Shown: positions 8,319-18,264 of the stretch, in pieces
Layout of the letters: each line of letters opens with the position of its first letter
Position numbering within the stretch: position 1 is the stretch's first letter
IMG/VR virus record: IMGVR_UViG_2698536484_000025
Source of the DNA: a virus
Lineage: Duplodnaviria; Heunggongvirae; Uroviricota; Caudoviricetes
Reading direction: 5' to 3' (one strand)
DNA length: 37,558 nt
Program-made: the position numbers and the translations under genes
The notes under the pieces: model-generated
What the model was told of the DNA's origin: nothing
The model's input: the letters and a program-made list of their open reading frames with translations, nothing else
Database searches by the model: none

Positions 8319-9179
8319 ATGAATCAATCTTTTATCTCCGATATTCTTTACGCAGACATTGAAAGTAAGGCAAAAGAACTAACAGTTAATTCAAACAACA
8401 CTGTGCAGCCTGTAGCGTTGATGCGCTTGGGGGTATTCGTGCCGAAGCCATCAAAGAGCAAAGGAGAAAGTAAAGAGATTGATGCCACCAAAGCGTTTTC
8501 CCAGCTGGAGATAGCTAAAGCCGAGGGTTACGATGATATTAAAATCACCGGTCCTCGACTCGATATGGATACTGATTTCAAAACGTGGATCGGTGTCATC
8601 TACGCGTTCAGCAAATACGGCTTGTCCTCAAACACCATCCAGTTATCGTTTCAGGAATTCGCTAAAGCCTGTGGTTTCCCCTCAAAACGTCTGGATGCGA
8701 AACTGCGTTTAACCATTCATGAATCACTTGGACGCTTGCGTAACAAGGGTATCGCTTTTAAGCGCGGAAAAGATGCTAAAGGCGGCTATCAGACTGGTCT
8801 GCTGAAGGTCGGACGTTTTGATGCTGACCTTGATCTGATAGAGCTGGAGGCTGATTCGAAGCTGTGGGAGCTGTTCCAGCTTGATTATCGCGTTCTGTTG
8901 CAACACCACGCCTTGCGTGCCCTTCCGAAGAAAGAAGCTGCACAAGCCATTTACACTTTCATCGAAAGCCTTCCGCAGAACCCGTTGCCGCTATCGTTCG
9001 CGCGAATCCGTGAGCGCCTGGCTTTGCAGTCAGCTGTTGGCGAGCAAAACCGTATCATTAAGAAAGCGATAGAACAGCTTAAAACAATCGGCTATCTCGA
9101 CTGTTCAATTGAGAAGAAAGGCCGGGAAAGTTTTGTAATCGTCCATTCTCGCAATCCAAAGCTGAAACTTCCCGAATAA
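8319..9179 (+). CDS. repA: plasmid replication initiator RepA
   Basis: 286-aa ORF flanked by iteron arrays on both sides; N-terminus MNQSFISDILYADIESKAKELTV matches my recollection of P1 RepA. Confidence 0.92.
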   Translation: MNQSFISDILYADIESKAKELTVNSNNTVQPVALMRLGVFVPKPSKSKGESKEIDATKAFSQLEIAKAEGYDDIKITGPRLDMDTDFKTWIGVIYAFSKYGLSSNTIQLSFQEFAKACGFPSKRLDAKLRLTIHESLGRLRNKGIAFKRGKDAKGGYQTGLLKVGRFDADLDLIELEADSKLWELFQLDYRVLLQHHALRALPKKEAAQAIYTFIESLPQNPLPLSFARIRERLALQSAVGEQNRIIKKAIEQLKTIGYLDCSIEKKGRESFVIVHSRNPKLKLPE

Positions 9180-9465
9180 GTGTGTGCTGGAGGGAAGATG
9201 CATTAAAAAAATGTGTGCTGACGGGAAGGCTTGTCCAATTTCCTGTTTTTGATGTGCGCTGGAGGGGGACGCCCCGCAGTTTGCCCAGACTTTCCCTCCA
9301 GCACACATCTGTCCATCCGTTTTTCCCTCCAGTGCACATGTAATTCTCTGCCTTTCCCTCCAGCACACATATTTGATACCAGCGATCCCTCCACAGCACA
9401 TAATTCAATGCGACTTCCCTCTATCGCACATCTTAGACTTTTATTCTCCCTCCAGCACACATCGA
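9180..9465. repeat. incA copy-control locus: nine RepA iterons (three direct, six inverted)
   Basis: TGTGCTGGAGGGAAG-type repeats at about 9181, 9211, 9251 and their reverse complements (ccctccagcacaca) at about 9294, 9326, 9356, 9387, 9417, 9447. Confidence 0.9.
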
Positions 9466-9639
9466 AGCTGCCGGGCAAGCCGTTCTCACCAGTTGATAGA
9501 GAGTGAAGCCTGGCTGCCCGTTGAAGCAGGAAATCACCAAAATGATTCAGGCTACAACCTGAACATAGAAGAAATCCGCGTCCTTTATGCGTGGAGGATG
9601 CCAAAGCATGTTGTGACACACTTGGCAAAGGAGTAAACA

Positions 9640-9736
9640 TGCAGAGAATGCTATGTACAAGCATCTGCGCATACATTATTATTTTATGCAGCATTTTTAA
9701 TTAAATTCAAAAATACAGCATAAAGGATGACTTTCG
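9640..9736 (+). promoter_or_regulatory. par operon promoter/operator region (AT-rich, imperfect dyad)
   Basis: AT-rich stretch with imperfect inverted symmetry immediately upstream of parA; position consistent with autoregulated parOP. Boundaries approximate. Confidence 0.35.
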
Positions 9737-10933
9737 ATGAGTGATTCCAGCCAGCTTCACAAGGTTGCTCAAAGAGCAAACAGAATGCTCAATGTTCTGA
9801 CTGAACAAGTACAGTTGCAAAAGGATGAGCTACACGCGAACGAGTTTTACCAGGTCTATGCGAAAGCGGCACTGGCAAAATTGCCTCTACTGACTCGAGC
9901 GAACGTTGACTATGCCGTAAGTGAAATGGAAGAAAAGGGTTATGTTTTCGATAAACGCCCTGCTGGCTCTTCAATGAAATATGCGATGTCAATTCAGAAC
10001 ATCATTGACATATATGAACATCGCGGAGTGCCAAAATACCGGGATCGCTACAGCGAAGCGTATGTGATTTTCATCTCCAATCTTAAAGGCGGTGTGTCAA
10101 AAACTGTATCGACGGTTTCTCTGGCGCATGCAATGCGTGCCCACCCTCATCTTCTGATGGAAGATTTAAGGATTCTGGTTATTGACCTTGATCCGCAATC
10201 TTCAGCAACGATGTTTTTAAGCCATAAACACTCTATTGGTATCGTAAACGCAACATCTGCACAGGCTATGTTGCAGAATGTAAGCCGTGAAGAGCTGTTA
10301 GAGGAGTTTATTGTTCCTTCTGTTGTACCTGGGGTTGACGTTATGCCTGCGTCGATTGACGATGCCTTTATTGCATCCGATTGGAGAGAGCTGTGCAATG
10401 AGCATCTACCGGGTCAGAACATCCATGCTGTCCTGAAAGAAAATGTGATTGATAAGCTGAAGAGCGATTATGACTTTATCCTCGTTGATAGTGGTCCTCA
10501 CCTTGACGCCTTCCTGAAAAATGCTTTGGCCTCGGCCAATATACTGTTTACACCTCTGCCGCCAGCAACTGTCGATTTCCACTCATCGCTTAAATACGTT
10601 GCCCGCCTTCCTGAGTTGGTGAAACTCATTTCGGATGAAGGCTGCGAGTGCCAGCTTGCGACTAACATTGGTTTTATGTCCAAGTTGAGTAACAAGGCAG
10701 ATCATAAGTATTGCCATAGCCTGGCTAAAGAAGTGTTCGGTGGGGATATGCTCGATGTCGTCCTCCCTCGCCTTGACGGTTTTGAACGTTGCGGCGAGTC
10801 TTTTGACACTGTTATTTCAGCTAACCCGGCAACGTATGTTGGTAGTGCTGATGCATTGAAGAACGCGCGAATTGCCGCGGAAGATTTTGCTAAAGCAGTT
10901 TTTGACCGTATTGAATTTATCAGATCTAACTGA
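9737..10933 (+). CDS. parA: partition ATPase ParA (type Ia, with N-terminal DNA-binding extension)
   Basis: 398 aa; deviant Walker A FISNLKGGVSKT; long N-terminal extension typical of P1-type ParA. Confidence 0.92.
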   Translation: MSDSSQLHKVAQRANRMLNVLTEQVQLQKDELHANEFYQVYAKAALAKLPLLTRANVDYAVSEMEEKGYVFDKRPAGSSMKYAMSIQNIIDIYEHRGVPKYRDRYSEAYVIFISNLKGGVSKTVSTVSLAHAMRAHPHLLMEDLRILVIDLDPQSSATMFLSHKHSIGIVNATSAQAMLQNVSREELLEEFIVPSVVPGVDVMPASIDDAFIASDWRELCNEHLPGQNIHAVLKENVIDKLKSDYDFILVDSGPHLDAFLKNALASANILFTPLPPATVDFHSSLKYVARLPELVKLISDEGCECQLATNIGFMSKLSNKADHKYCHSLAKEVFGGDMLDVVLPRLDGFERCGESFDTVISANPATYVGSADALKNARIAAEDFAKAVFDRIEFIRSN

Positions 10934-10949
10934 GGAGTAAGAAACCCCC

Positions 10950-11951
10950 ATGTCAAAGAAAAACAGACCAACAATTGGGCGAACCCTTAATCCTTCAATA
11001 TTAAGCGGATTTGATAGTTCTTCAGCCTCTGGCGATCGAGTCGAGCAGGTATTCAAGTTATCAACTGGTCGCCAGGCCACATTTATTGAAGAGGTAATAC
11101 CTTCGAACCAGGTAGAAAGCGATACCTTTGTTGATCAGCATAACAACGGGCGTGACCAGGCATCTCTTACGCCAAAATCATTAAAAAGTATCCGAAGCAC
11201 TATTAAGCATCAGCAATTTTACCCTGCAATAGGTGTTAGACGGGCTACAGGGAAAATTGAAATTTTGGATGGTTCCCGGCGTCGAGCTTCTGCCATCTTA
11301 GAGAACGTAGGGTTGCGGGTTTTAGTCACGGACCAGGAGATCAGCGTTCAGGAAGCGCAAAATTTAGCGAAAGACGTTCAGACAGCATTGCAGCACAGCA
11401 TTCGAGAAATAGGTCTGCGTTTGATGCGAATGAAAAATGATGGGATGAGTCAGAAGGATATTGCAGCCAAAGAAGGGCTATCTCAGGCGAAGGTCACGCG
11501 TACTCTTCAGGCAGCGAGTGCTCCGGAAGAATTAGTCGCCCTTTTCCCTGTGCAGTCGGAATTAACCTTTTCGGACTACAAAACGCTTTGTGCTGTTGGC
11601 GACGAAATGGGGAACAAGAATTTAGAGTTTGATCAGCTTATTCAAAACATATCCCCGGAAATAAACGACATCTTATCCATTGAAGAAATGGCCGAAGATG
11701 AAGTTAAAAATAAAATCCTGCGCTTGATAACAAAGGAAGCCTCACTACTCACGGATAAAGGTTCTAAAGATAAGTCCGTAGTTACTGAATTATGGAAATT
11801 TGAGGACAAGGATCGCTTTGCAAGGAAGCGCGTGAAAGGCCGTGCATTTTCTTATGAGTTTAATCGACTTTCAAAAGAGCTACAGGAAGAACTCGACAGG
11901 ATGATTGGGCATATCCTTAGAAAGAGCCTCGATAAAAAGCCGAAGCCTTAA
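10950..11951 (+). CDS. parB: partition centromere-binding protein ParB
   Basis: 333 aa; ATG 10950 with GAGGAG upstream, immediately after parA; followed directly by parS. Confidence 0.92.
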   Translation: MSKKNRPTIGRTLNPSILSGFDSSSASGDRVEQVFKLSTGRQATFIEEVIPSNQVESDTFVDQHNNGRDQASLTPKSLKSIRSTIKHQQFYPAIGVRRATGKIEILDGSRRRASAILENVGLRVLVTDQEISVQEAQNLAKDVQTALQHSIREIGLRLMRMKNDGMSQKDIAAKEGLSQAKVTRTLQAASAPEELVALFPVQSELTFSDYKTLCAVGDEMGNKNLEFDQLIQNISPEINDILSIEEMAEDEVKNKILRLITKEASLLTDKGSKDKSVVTELWKFEDKDRFARKRVKGRAFSYEFNRLSKELQEELDRMIGHILRKSLDKKPKP

Positions 11952-11955
11952 ACTT

Positions 11956-12040
11956 TCGCCATTCAAATTTCACTATTAACCTACTGTTTTTAAAGTAAAT
12001 ACCTATAAAATTTCAAGGTGAAATCGCCACGATTTCACCT
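11956..12040 (+). other. parS centromere: ParB box B (TCGCCA) and box A (ATTTCAC) motifs flanking an AT-rich IHF-type spacer
   Basis: tcgcca (11956-11961), atttcac (11967-11973), AT-rich centre, then gtgaaat (12018-12024), tcgcca (12024-12029), atttcac (12032-12038). Confidence 0.85.
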
Positions 12041-12101
12041 TGGATTTTACCTTCCTCCCCTACTCCCGAAAAAAATAAAAAAATTGCTTGTCACGAGAAA
12101 G

Positions 12102-12125
12102 TCAACAAGTGACTTTCAATAAAAT
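12102..12125 (+). promoter_or_regulatory. candidate late promoter: TCAACAAGTGAC box, 6 nt, then TAAAAT -10-like hexamer
   Basis: Shares a box-spacer-hexamer arrangement with sites at 17566 and 24393; upstream of the major head gene. Confidence 0.4.
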
Positions 12126-12176
12126 CTCTTCCGAAAAGGGATTCACACAAGTGCCTTGTGTTTAAGGAAGAGTAAA

Positions 12177-13883
12177 TTGAGTAACTTACGCGAATACCAG
12201 AATCGTATTGCAGATATCGCAAAACGCTCTAAAGCTGTGCTTGGCTGGGCAAGCACTGCGCAGTTCGGTACTGATAACCAATTCATTAAAGATGATGCCG
12301 CGCGTGCCGCATCTATCCTTGAAGCTGCACGTAAAGACCCGGTTTTTGCGGGTATCTCTGATAATGCCACCGCTCAAATCGCTACAGCGTGGGCAAGTGC
12401 ACTGGCTGACTACGCCGCAGCACATAAATCTATGCCGCGTCCGGAAATTCTGGCCTCCTGCCACCAGACGCTGGAAAACTGCCTGATTGAGTCCACCCGC
12501 AATAGCATGGATGCCACTAATAAAGCGATGCTGGAATCCGTCGCAGCAGAGATGATGAGCGTTTCTGACGGTGTTATGCGTCTGCCTTTATTCCTCGCGA
12601 TGATCCTGCCTGTTCAGTTGGGGGCAGCTACCGCTGATGCGTGTACCTTCATTCCGGTTACGCGTGACCAGTCCGACATCTATGAAGTCTTTAACGTGGC
12701 AGGTTCCTCTTTTGGTTCTTATGCTGCTGGTGATGTTCTGGACATGCAATCCGTCGGTGTGTACAGCCAGTTACGTCGCCGCTATGTGCTGGTGGCAAGC
12801 TCCGATGGCACCAGCAAAACCGCAACCTTCAAGATGGAAGACTTCGAAGGCCAGAATGTACCAATCCGAAAAGGTCGCACTAACATCTACGTTAACCGTA
12901 TTAAGTCTGTTGTTGATAACGGTTCCGGCAGCCTACTTCACTCGTTTACTAATGCAGCTGGTGAGCAAATCACTGTTACCTGCTCTCTGAACTACAACAT
13001 TGGTCAGATTGCCCTGTCGTTCTCCAAAGCGCCGGATAAAGGCACTGAGATTGCAATTGAGACGGAAATCAATATTGAAGCCGCTCCTGAGCTGATCCCG
13101 CTGATCAACCACGAAATGAAGAAATACACCCTGTTCCCAAGCCAGTTCGTTATCGCGGCTGAGCACACGGTACAGGCGGCGTATGAAGCACAGCGTGAAT
13201 TTGGTCTGGACCTGGGTTCCCTACAGTTCCGCACCCTGAAGGAATACCTGTCTCATGAACAGGATATGCTGCGTCTTCGCATCATGATCTGGCGTACTCT
13301 TGCGACCGACACCTTTGACATCGCTCTGCCGGTTAACCAGTCCTTTGATGTATGGGCAACCATCATTCGTGGCAAATTCCAGACTGTATATCGCGACATT
13401 ATTGAGCGCGTTAAATCTTCTGGTGCGATGGGGATGTTTGCTGGTGCTGATGCAGCATCCTTCTTCAAACAGTTGCCGAAGGATTTCTTCCAGCCAGCCG
13501 AAGACTATATCCAGACTCCGTATGTTCACTACATCGGTACCCTGTTCGGTAACGTGAAAGTGTACGAAGTACCTGCTGGTATTTGTAAGAACTTAACGAC
13601 AGAGAACATTCAGTTCAGCTCGATGGATGTGCTGTGCTACGTCCGTGATGAAAATCCGGGTAAAGCAGGCTTCGTGACTGGTGATGCTGTCCCGGCCATC
13701 CCGTTCCAGCATCCGACCACTCAGGCGCTGGTCAACCGTACCACGCTGTGGGGTTCGGCTATCAACGATATGCACCCACGCAACGGCGCTGATTACTTCA
13801 CTCGTGTAACGCTGACAATGGCCAAAAAAGGCGGGCTTAACTTCATAAGCGGCGACACGATTGATGCCGGTGACTCTGAGTAA
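12177..13883 (+). CDS. 23: major head (capsid) protein precursor
   Basis: About 568 aa from TTG 12177 (MSNLREYQ) with AAGGAAG 6 nt upstream. Size and position after parS fit the P1 gene 23 head protein precursor; function assigned by synteny and recall. Confidence 0.75.
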   Translation: MSNLREYQNRIADIAKRSKAVLGWASTAQFGTDNQFIKDDAARAASILEAARKDPVFAGISDNATAQIATAWASALADYAAAHKSMPRPEILASCHQTLENCLIESTRNSMDATNKAMLESVAAEMMSVSDGVMRLPLFLAMILPVQLGAATADACTFIPVTRDQSDIYEVFNVAGSSFGSYAAGDVLDMQSVGVYSQLRRRYVLVASSDGTSKTATFKMEDFEGQNVPIRKGRTNIYVNRIKSVVDNGSGSLLHSFTNAAGEQITVTCSLNYNIGQIALSFSKAPDKGTEIAIETEINIEAAPELIPLINHEMKKYTLFPSQFVIAAEHTVQAAYEAQREFGLDLGSLQFRTLKEYLSHEQDMLRLRIMIWRTLATDTFDIALPVNQSFDVWATIIRGKFQTVYRDIIERVKSSGAMGMFAGADAASFFKQLPKDFFQPAEDYIQTPYVHYIGTLFGNVKVYEVPAGICKNLTTENIQFSSMDVLCYVRDENPGKAGFVTGDAVPAIPFQHPTTQALVNRTTLWGSAINDMHPRNGADYFTRVTLTMAKKGGLNFISGDTIDAGDSE

Positions 13884-13943
13884 TCAGGGGAAGTTCTCCG
13901 TTTAACATAGCGCCCCCGTGCGGGGCGCATAACAGGGAAAGTT

Positions 13944-15533
13944 ATGTCTCAATATTCAATTCAACAGTCATTAGGTAATGCATCCGGCGTCGCGGTTAGC
14001 CCGATCAATGCCGATGCGACGTTATCTACCGGTGTTGCATTAAATAGCAGCTTGTGGGCTGGTATTGGCGTATTTGCGCGTGGCAAGCCGTTTACTGTTC
14101 TTGCGGTTACTGAGTCCAATTACGAAGATGTTCTCGGCGAACCGCTGAAGCCGTCTTCCGGCTCACAGTTCGAACCAATTCGCCATGTATACGAAGCTAT
14201 TCAGCAAACGTCTGGTTATGTTGTCCGTGCTGTTCCGGATGATGCGAAGTTCCCGATTATTATGTTCGATGAATCAGGCGAACCGGCTTACAGTGCGTTG
14301 CCATACGGTTCTGAAATTGAACTTGATAGTGGCGAAGCCTTTGCTATCTACGTTGATGATGGTGATCCGTGTATTTCACCTACCCGTGAGTTAACCATCG
14401 AAACGGCAACAGCGGACAGCGCGGGTAATGAACGCTTCCTCTTAAAACTGACCCAGACGACTTCGCTCGGCGTGGTAACGACCCTGGAGACACACACTGT
14501 GTCTTTGGCGGAAGAAGCGAAAGATGACATGGGCCGCTTGTGTTATCTGCCTACGGCTCTGGAAGCCCGTTCTAAATATCTGCGCGCGGTTGTTAATGAA
14601 GACCTGATTTCGACAGCGAAAGTAACAAACAAAAAATCGTTGGCGTTCACTGGTGGTACCAACGGGGATCAATCGAAAATCCCAACTGCTGCGTACCTGC
14701 GTGCGGTGAAAGTGCTGAACAATGCGCCGTACATGTACACCGCTGTTCTCGGCCTGGGTTGCTATGACAATGCGGCGATCACCGCGTTAGGTAATATCTG
14801 TTCTGATCGCCTGATTGATGGCTTCTTTGATGTCAAACCGACATTGACGTACACGGAAGCGATCTCTGCTGTTGAAGATACCGGTTTACTTGGTACCGAT
14901 TATGTAAGCTGTGCTGTCTATCACTTCCCGTTCTCCTGCAAAGACAAATGGACCCAATCCCGTGTGGTCTTCGGTCTGTCTGGCGCGGCGTATGCGGCGA
15001 AAGCTCGTGGCGTCAAGAAAAACTCTGATGTCGGTGGTTGGCATTACTCACCGGCTGGTGAAGAACGTGCCGTCATTGCTCGTGCGGCAATTCAACCGCT
15101 GTATCCGGAAGATACCCCGGACGAAGAAGCAATGGTCAAGGGCCGTCTCAATAAAGTATCTGTTGGCACCTCTGGCCAGATGATCATCGACGATGCTTTA
15201 ACTTGCTGCACGCAGGATAACTATCTGCACTTCCAGCACGTCCCATCCCTGATGAATGCAATCAGCCGTTTCTTTGTCCAGTTAGCCCGACAGATGAAGC
15301 ATAGCCCGGACGGCATTACTGCGGCTGGCCTGACTAAAGGGATGACGAAACTTTTAGATCGCTTTGTCGCCTCCGGCGCTCTGGTGGCTCCTCGTGATCC
15401 GGATGCTGACGGTACAGAACCGTATGTGCTGAAAGTTACGCAGGCGGAATTCGATAAATGGGAAGTGGTATGGGCCTGCTGCCCGACAGGTGTAGCCCGT
15501 CGTATCCAGGGCGTACCGCTGCTTATTAAGTAA
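13944..15533 (+). CDS. 22: contractile tail sheath protein
   Basis: 529 aa; ATG with AGGGAAAG upstream; position and size consistent with myovirus sheath (P1 gene 22). Inference by synteny. Confidence 0.7.
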   Translation: MSQYSIQQSLGNASGVAVSPINADATLSTGVALNSSLWAGIGVFARGKPFTVLAVTESNYEDVLGEPLKPSSGSQFEPIRHVYEAIQQTSGYVVRAVPDDAKFPIIMFDESGEPAYSALPYGSEIELDSGEAFAIYVDDGDPCISPTRELTIETATADSAGNERFLLKLTQTTSLGVVTTLETHTVSLAEEAKDDMGRLCYLPTALEARSKYLRAVVNEDLISTAKVTNKKSLAFTGGTNGDQSKIPTAAYLRAVKVLNNAPYMYTAVLGLGCYDNAAITALGNICSDRLIDGFFDVKPTLTYTEAISAVEDTGLLGTDYVSCAVYHFPFSCKDKWTQSRVVFGLSGAAYAAKARGVKKNSDVGGWHYSPAGEERAVIARAAIQPLYPEDTPDEEAMVKGRLNKVSVGTSGQMIIDDALTCCTQDNYLHFQHVPSLMNAISRFFVQLARQMKHSPDGITAAGLTKGMTKLLDRFVASGALVAPRDPDADGTEPYVLKVTQAEFDKWEVVWACCPTGVARRIQGVPLLIK

Positions 15534-15542
15534 GGGAATACA

Positions 15543-16358
15543 ATGAGCAAAACCTTTTTTCAATCCGGGGCATTTTTGGGGAATGGACTGTCCCGTTTCG
15601 CTTTGAACTCTGATCCTGTGCAGCTGATGGAGTCTGCCCGAGCAAGCGCACAACCGCCAGCAGATCCGATTATTAATAATAATCCGGAACCGGCGGCACA
15701 GATTAACGAGAACGTTCCACCTGACCAGGCTCCTGAGCAAATCCTGGAAGGGAAAGACGGTAAAGAATGGACCGTCGAACAGGCGCACCAGATGATTCTG
15801 GAAGCTGCAAATCGAAGTGCTATGCAGAATGCGTTGAGTGATGCGGCCGACGCCGTTTTCGCCTGGGCTGATAGCGGTGATCTGACTTTCGACTCCCTTG
15901 ATGGTTTCGTTCAGGCTATTGCTGGTATCTCTGACGACGACGACTCCGAAGTTACAGAAGAACAGGACGATGCCTATAACGAAGCATGGGCAAATGTTGC
16001 TGACTTCCTCGCAGCATGCGGTGTAGATGATGACCTGATCGAAGCACTGGCTGACGATGAAGACGACGACGCAGCTGCTGATGTTGGTGCCTCTATCGCT
16101 GGTTTAGATAGCGACGACCGCGACGAACTGGAAGCGGCGTTTGTTGTTGCTGGCACTTCTGATGAAATGCTGACTGAAGCATTTAAGAAGGTTGTTCGTA
16201 ATGGTGAGATCAAACTCATCCGTAAACGCCTGCGTAAAAAACGTCTGACTGCGGCTCAAAAATCGGCGCTGAAAAAAGCACGCCGTAAAGCCCAGACCGG
16301 CGCGGCAAAACTGGCCCGCAAAAAGTCAATGAAACTGCGCCGTAAGCGCCTCGGCTAA
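15543..16358 (+). CDS. acidic protein with strongly basic C-terminal tail
   Basis: 271 aa; central Asp/Glu runs (DDDDSEVTEEQDD, DDEDDDAAAD) and C-terminus KRLRKKRLTAAQKSALKKARRKAQTGAAKLARKKSMKLRRKRLG. Confidence 0.7.
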   Translation: MSKTFFQSGAFLGNGLSRFALNSDPVQLMESARASAQPPADPIINNNPEPAAQINENVPPDQAPEQILEGKDGKEWTVEQAHQMILEAANRSAMQNALSDAADAVFAWADSGDLTFDSLDGFVQAIAGISDDDDSEVTEEQDDAYNEAWANVADFLAACGVDDDLIEALADDEDDDAAADVGASIAGLDSDDRDELEAAFVVAGTSDEMLTEAFKKVVRNGEIKLIRKRLRKKRLTAAQKSALKKARRKAQTGAAKLARKKSMKLRRKRLG

Positions 16359-16393
16359 AGGGGGAGGCCGGAGAACTCCGGCCTTTAACTTGA

Positions 16394-16975
16394 ATGGCTC
16401 CTATAGCTTATGGGGTTTACAGCCAGGCTGACGGTGTATCGCCATATCTGAAAGTTACTTTAACGAACTCTCAGTACCAGGTTACCGGATATATCAGCCA
16501 GGGAGCGGCAATGAACATGGCCCAGAATTGGGAAGCGCCGTTTACCGGTATGTCCATGGGATCTGTTTCTGGTGCTCTGGGTGGTTTTGTGCAAGTAGGT
16601 ACTGAAACAACGTCGGTTGCCCGTTGGAATAGCTTAATGGTTTGGGAAGGGGGGACTCCGCCGACGTTCACGCTGCCTGTAACTTTCATTGCTTTGAACA
16701 ATCCATTCATTGAAGTTTCAGGCGCTATCGCCGCGTTGACAGCCATGATTAGCCCGGAACTAAAAGCGGCCAATGTTGGTGGTCGAATCCCGGAGCGCGT
16801 GACGCTAAACATTGGTCGCCGGATCAACATCACCGATGTCGCCATCCAGGACTTAAGTTTTGATCTCGATGCGCCAAGGGACAGTAATGGATATTTCCTG
16901 AAAAACACCGTCAACCTCCAGTTGACCGGTTCTTCGATATATAACAGCTCCGATATTGTTCGGGCGTTCCAGTAA
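16394..16975 (+). CDS. tail tube-like structural protein
   Basis: 193 aa, about 21 kDa; sits between sheath and the next small structural gene. Function by size and synteny only. Confidence 0.6.
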   Translation: MAPIAYGVYSQADGVSPYLKVTLTNSQYQVTGYISQGAAMNMAQNWEAPFTGMSMGSVSGALGGFVQVGTETTSVARWNSLMVWEGGTPPTFTLPVTFIALNNPFIEVSGAIAALTAMISPELKAANVGGRIPERVTLNIGRRINITDVAIQDLSFDLDAPRDSNGYFLKNTVNLQLTGSSIYNSSDIVRAFQ

Positions 16976-16986
16976 AAGGATTTTAT

Positions 16987-17496
16987 ATGGGGCACAATAA
17001 CACTAAGGGAAACCGTAAATTTATTAAGGGCCGCTATACTGCCAACGCGGCCAAAGGCGAACGACTGGTATCTTCTGAATTCCAGCTCACTTTTGCAGGC
17101 CATGAAGATATCAGCGTACTGGTTCGCACGTCGCAAATCCCTGAAATGACACGCGAGGATGTGGAGGACTATGGTCCGAATGGTGTGAAGTTCAACCAGC
17201 ACGGACCAATTCGAAACTCTGGGGAAATCCAGGTCCAGTGCGTGGAGACTATCGAAGGCGATATTCTTCAGTTCATCAAGGATCGCATTGCGGCGAAGGA
17301 CTATGTTGATATCACGATGGCTGCTACCCCTGAATCCAAATCTTCCGGGGTTAACGCTGTGACAAAAGCTGCTACAACAATTGAAATGTTGGACTGCAAA
17401 ATCTACAGTGATGCAATCGACTTTAGTACCGAAGATGTGACTGCCGCTGTGCGCCCGTCACTTCGTATCGTCTACAACTGGATTGAGTGGGATTAA
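16987..17496 (+). CDS. tail tube or baseplate tube-initiator-like structural protein
   Basis: 169 aa; ATG with AAAGGA upstream; size and position of a T4 gp19-like tube family protein (by eye). Confidence 0.6.
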   Translation: MGHNNTKGNRKFIKGRYTANAAKGERLVSSEFQLTFAGHEDISVLVRTSQIPEMTREDVEDYGPNGVKFNQHGPIRNSGEIQVQCVETIEGDILQFIKDRIAAKDYVDITMAATPESKSSGVNAVTKAATTIEMLDCKIYSDAIDFSTEDVTAAVRPSLRIVYNWIEWD

Positions 17497-17515
17497 GAGT
17501 CATCCCTTGTATTTT

Positions 17516-17540
17516 AAAGCTCCTTCGGGAGCTTTTTTTA
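17516..17540 (+). terminator. rho-independent terminator
   Basis: AAGCTCC-TTCG-GGAGCTT stem with tetraloop, followed by TTTTTTT; immediately after the 16987-17496 gene. Confidence 0.85.
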
Positions 17541-17565
17541 TAACTATTTTATATAAGAATGCATC

Positions 17566-17589
17566 GATAACATTGTCTTGAGTTTTATG
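17566..17589 (+). promoter_or_regulatory. candidate late promoter: GATAACATTGTC box, 6 nt, then TTTTAT hexamer
   Basis: Same box-spacer-hexamer architecture as 12102 and 24393. Confidence 0.35.
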
Positions 17590-17667
17590 TTAGATTATTA
17601 ATGTTCTAATAAACTACAATTATTGAGGTAGATGTTTGTGCCTGTACTGTTAAAGGGGGACTCTAAA

Positions 17668-18264
17668 ATGGCTGTGATTCCAATGTCGTACTCCCCGGGT
17701 ACTGTCGCTCGTCGATTTTCGATCCTGGACGGAGTTACCATCCAGGGTGTGCTTTACCAGGTTATATGGGATTCCAAAACCCCATTTGCAGCTGTAATAG
17801 AGGCTGCGCCTTCTGTTATCGATGGTGATATGCGCCATAAGGTTGTCGCTACTCTTGAACTTCAACGTCGCCCGCAGCTTGAAGGCGTACTGGTAAGGAA
17901 GTTCTGGGAGGATAGCGATGTTGCCCAGATTGAAGGTATCGTGGTTGATGGAACCGTCCGGGATGTCGGTTTAGCTACTTTTGTTTACGAAACCGTAGCC
18001 TCAAAAGCTGGTGTTGTTTTGCTCAGTGATAATGAGCAATACGAAGGTGGAAAAGCTCTTTGGCAACACATCGCCCGTCGCTCTTCCGAGCTAAAAGTGT
18101 TTATCCTCGACACCGATGCCGCTCAGTATTACCCGTTTGACGGCGAACGTGTTTGCTATGACGGGGTAAGTATTCCTGAATCCGAGATATGGAGTGAACA
18201 CCCAGATCGAAGTAAGCATGGGGTTGTTCTGGTCGCTGAATCCATAATTGGAAAGGCGGCATAG
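17668..18264 (+). CDS. hypothetical protein
   Basis: ATG 17668 with AAGGGGGA 7 nt upstream (track ORF starts at 17632, too close to its SD). About 198 aa, no clear domain. Confidence 0.65.
   Translation: MAVIPMSYSPGTVARRFSILDGVTIQGVLYQVIWDSKTPFAAVIEAAPSVIDGDMRHKVVATLELQRRPQLEGVLVRKFWEDSDVAQIEGIVVDGTVRDVGLATFVYETVASKAGVVLLSDNEQYEGGKALWQHIARRSSELKVFILDTDAAQYYPFDGERVCYDGVSIPESEIWSEHPDRSKHGVVLVAESIIGKAA

Noticed and set aside
9180-9465. Array of short repeats that could be mistaken for a CRISPR array
   Set aside because: Repeats occur in both orientations with irregular spacing, flank repA, and match RepA iteron sequence; no cas genes are present.
16471-17202. 243-aa minus-strand ORF
   Set aside because: Lies entirely antisense to two well-supported tube-like genes with good RBS; no RBS of its own.
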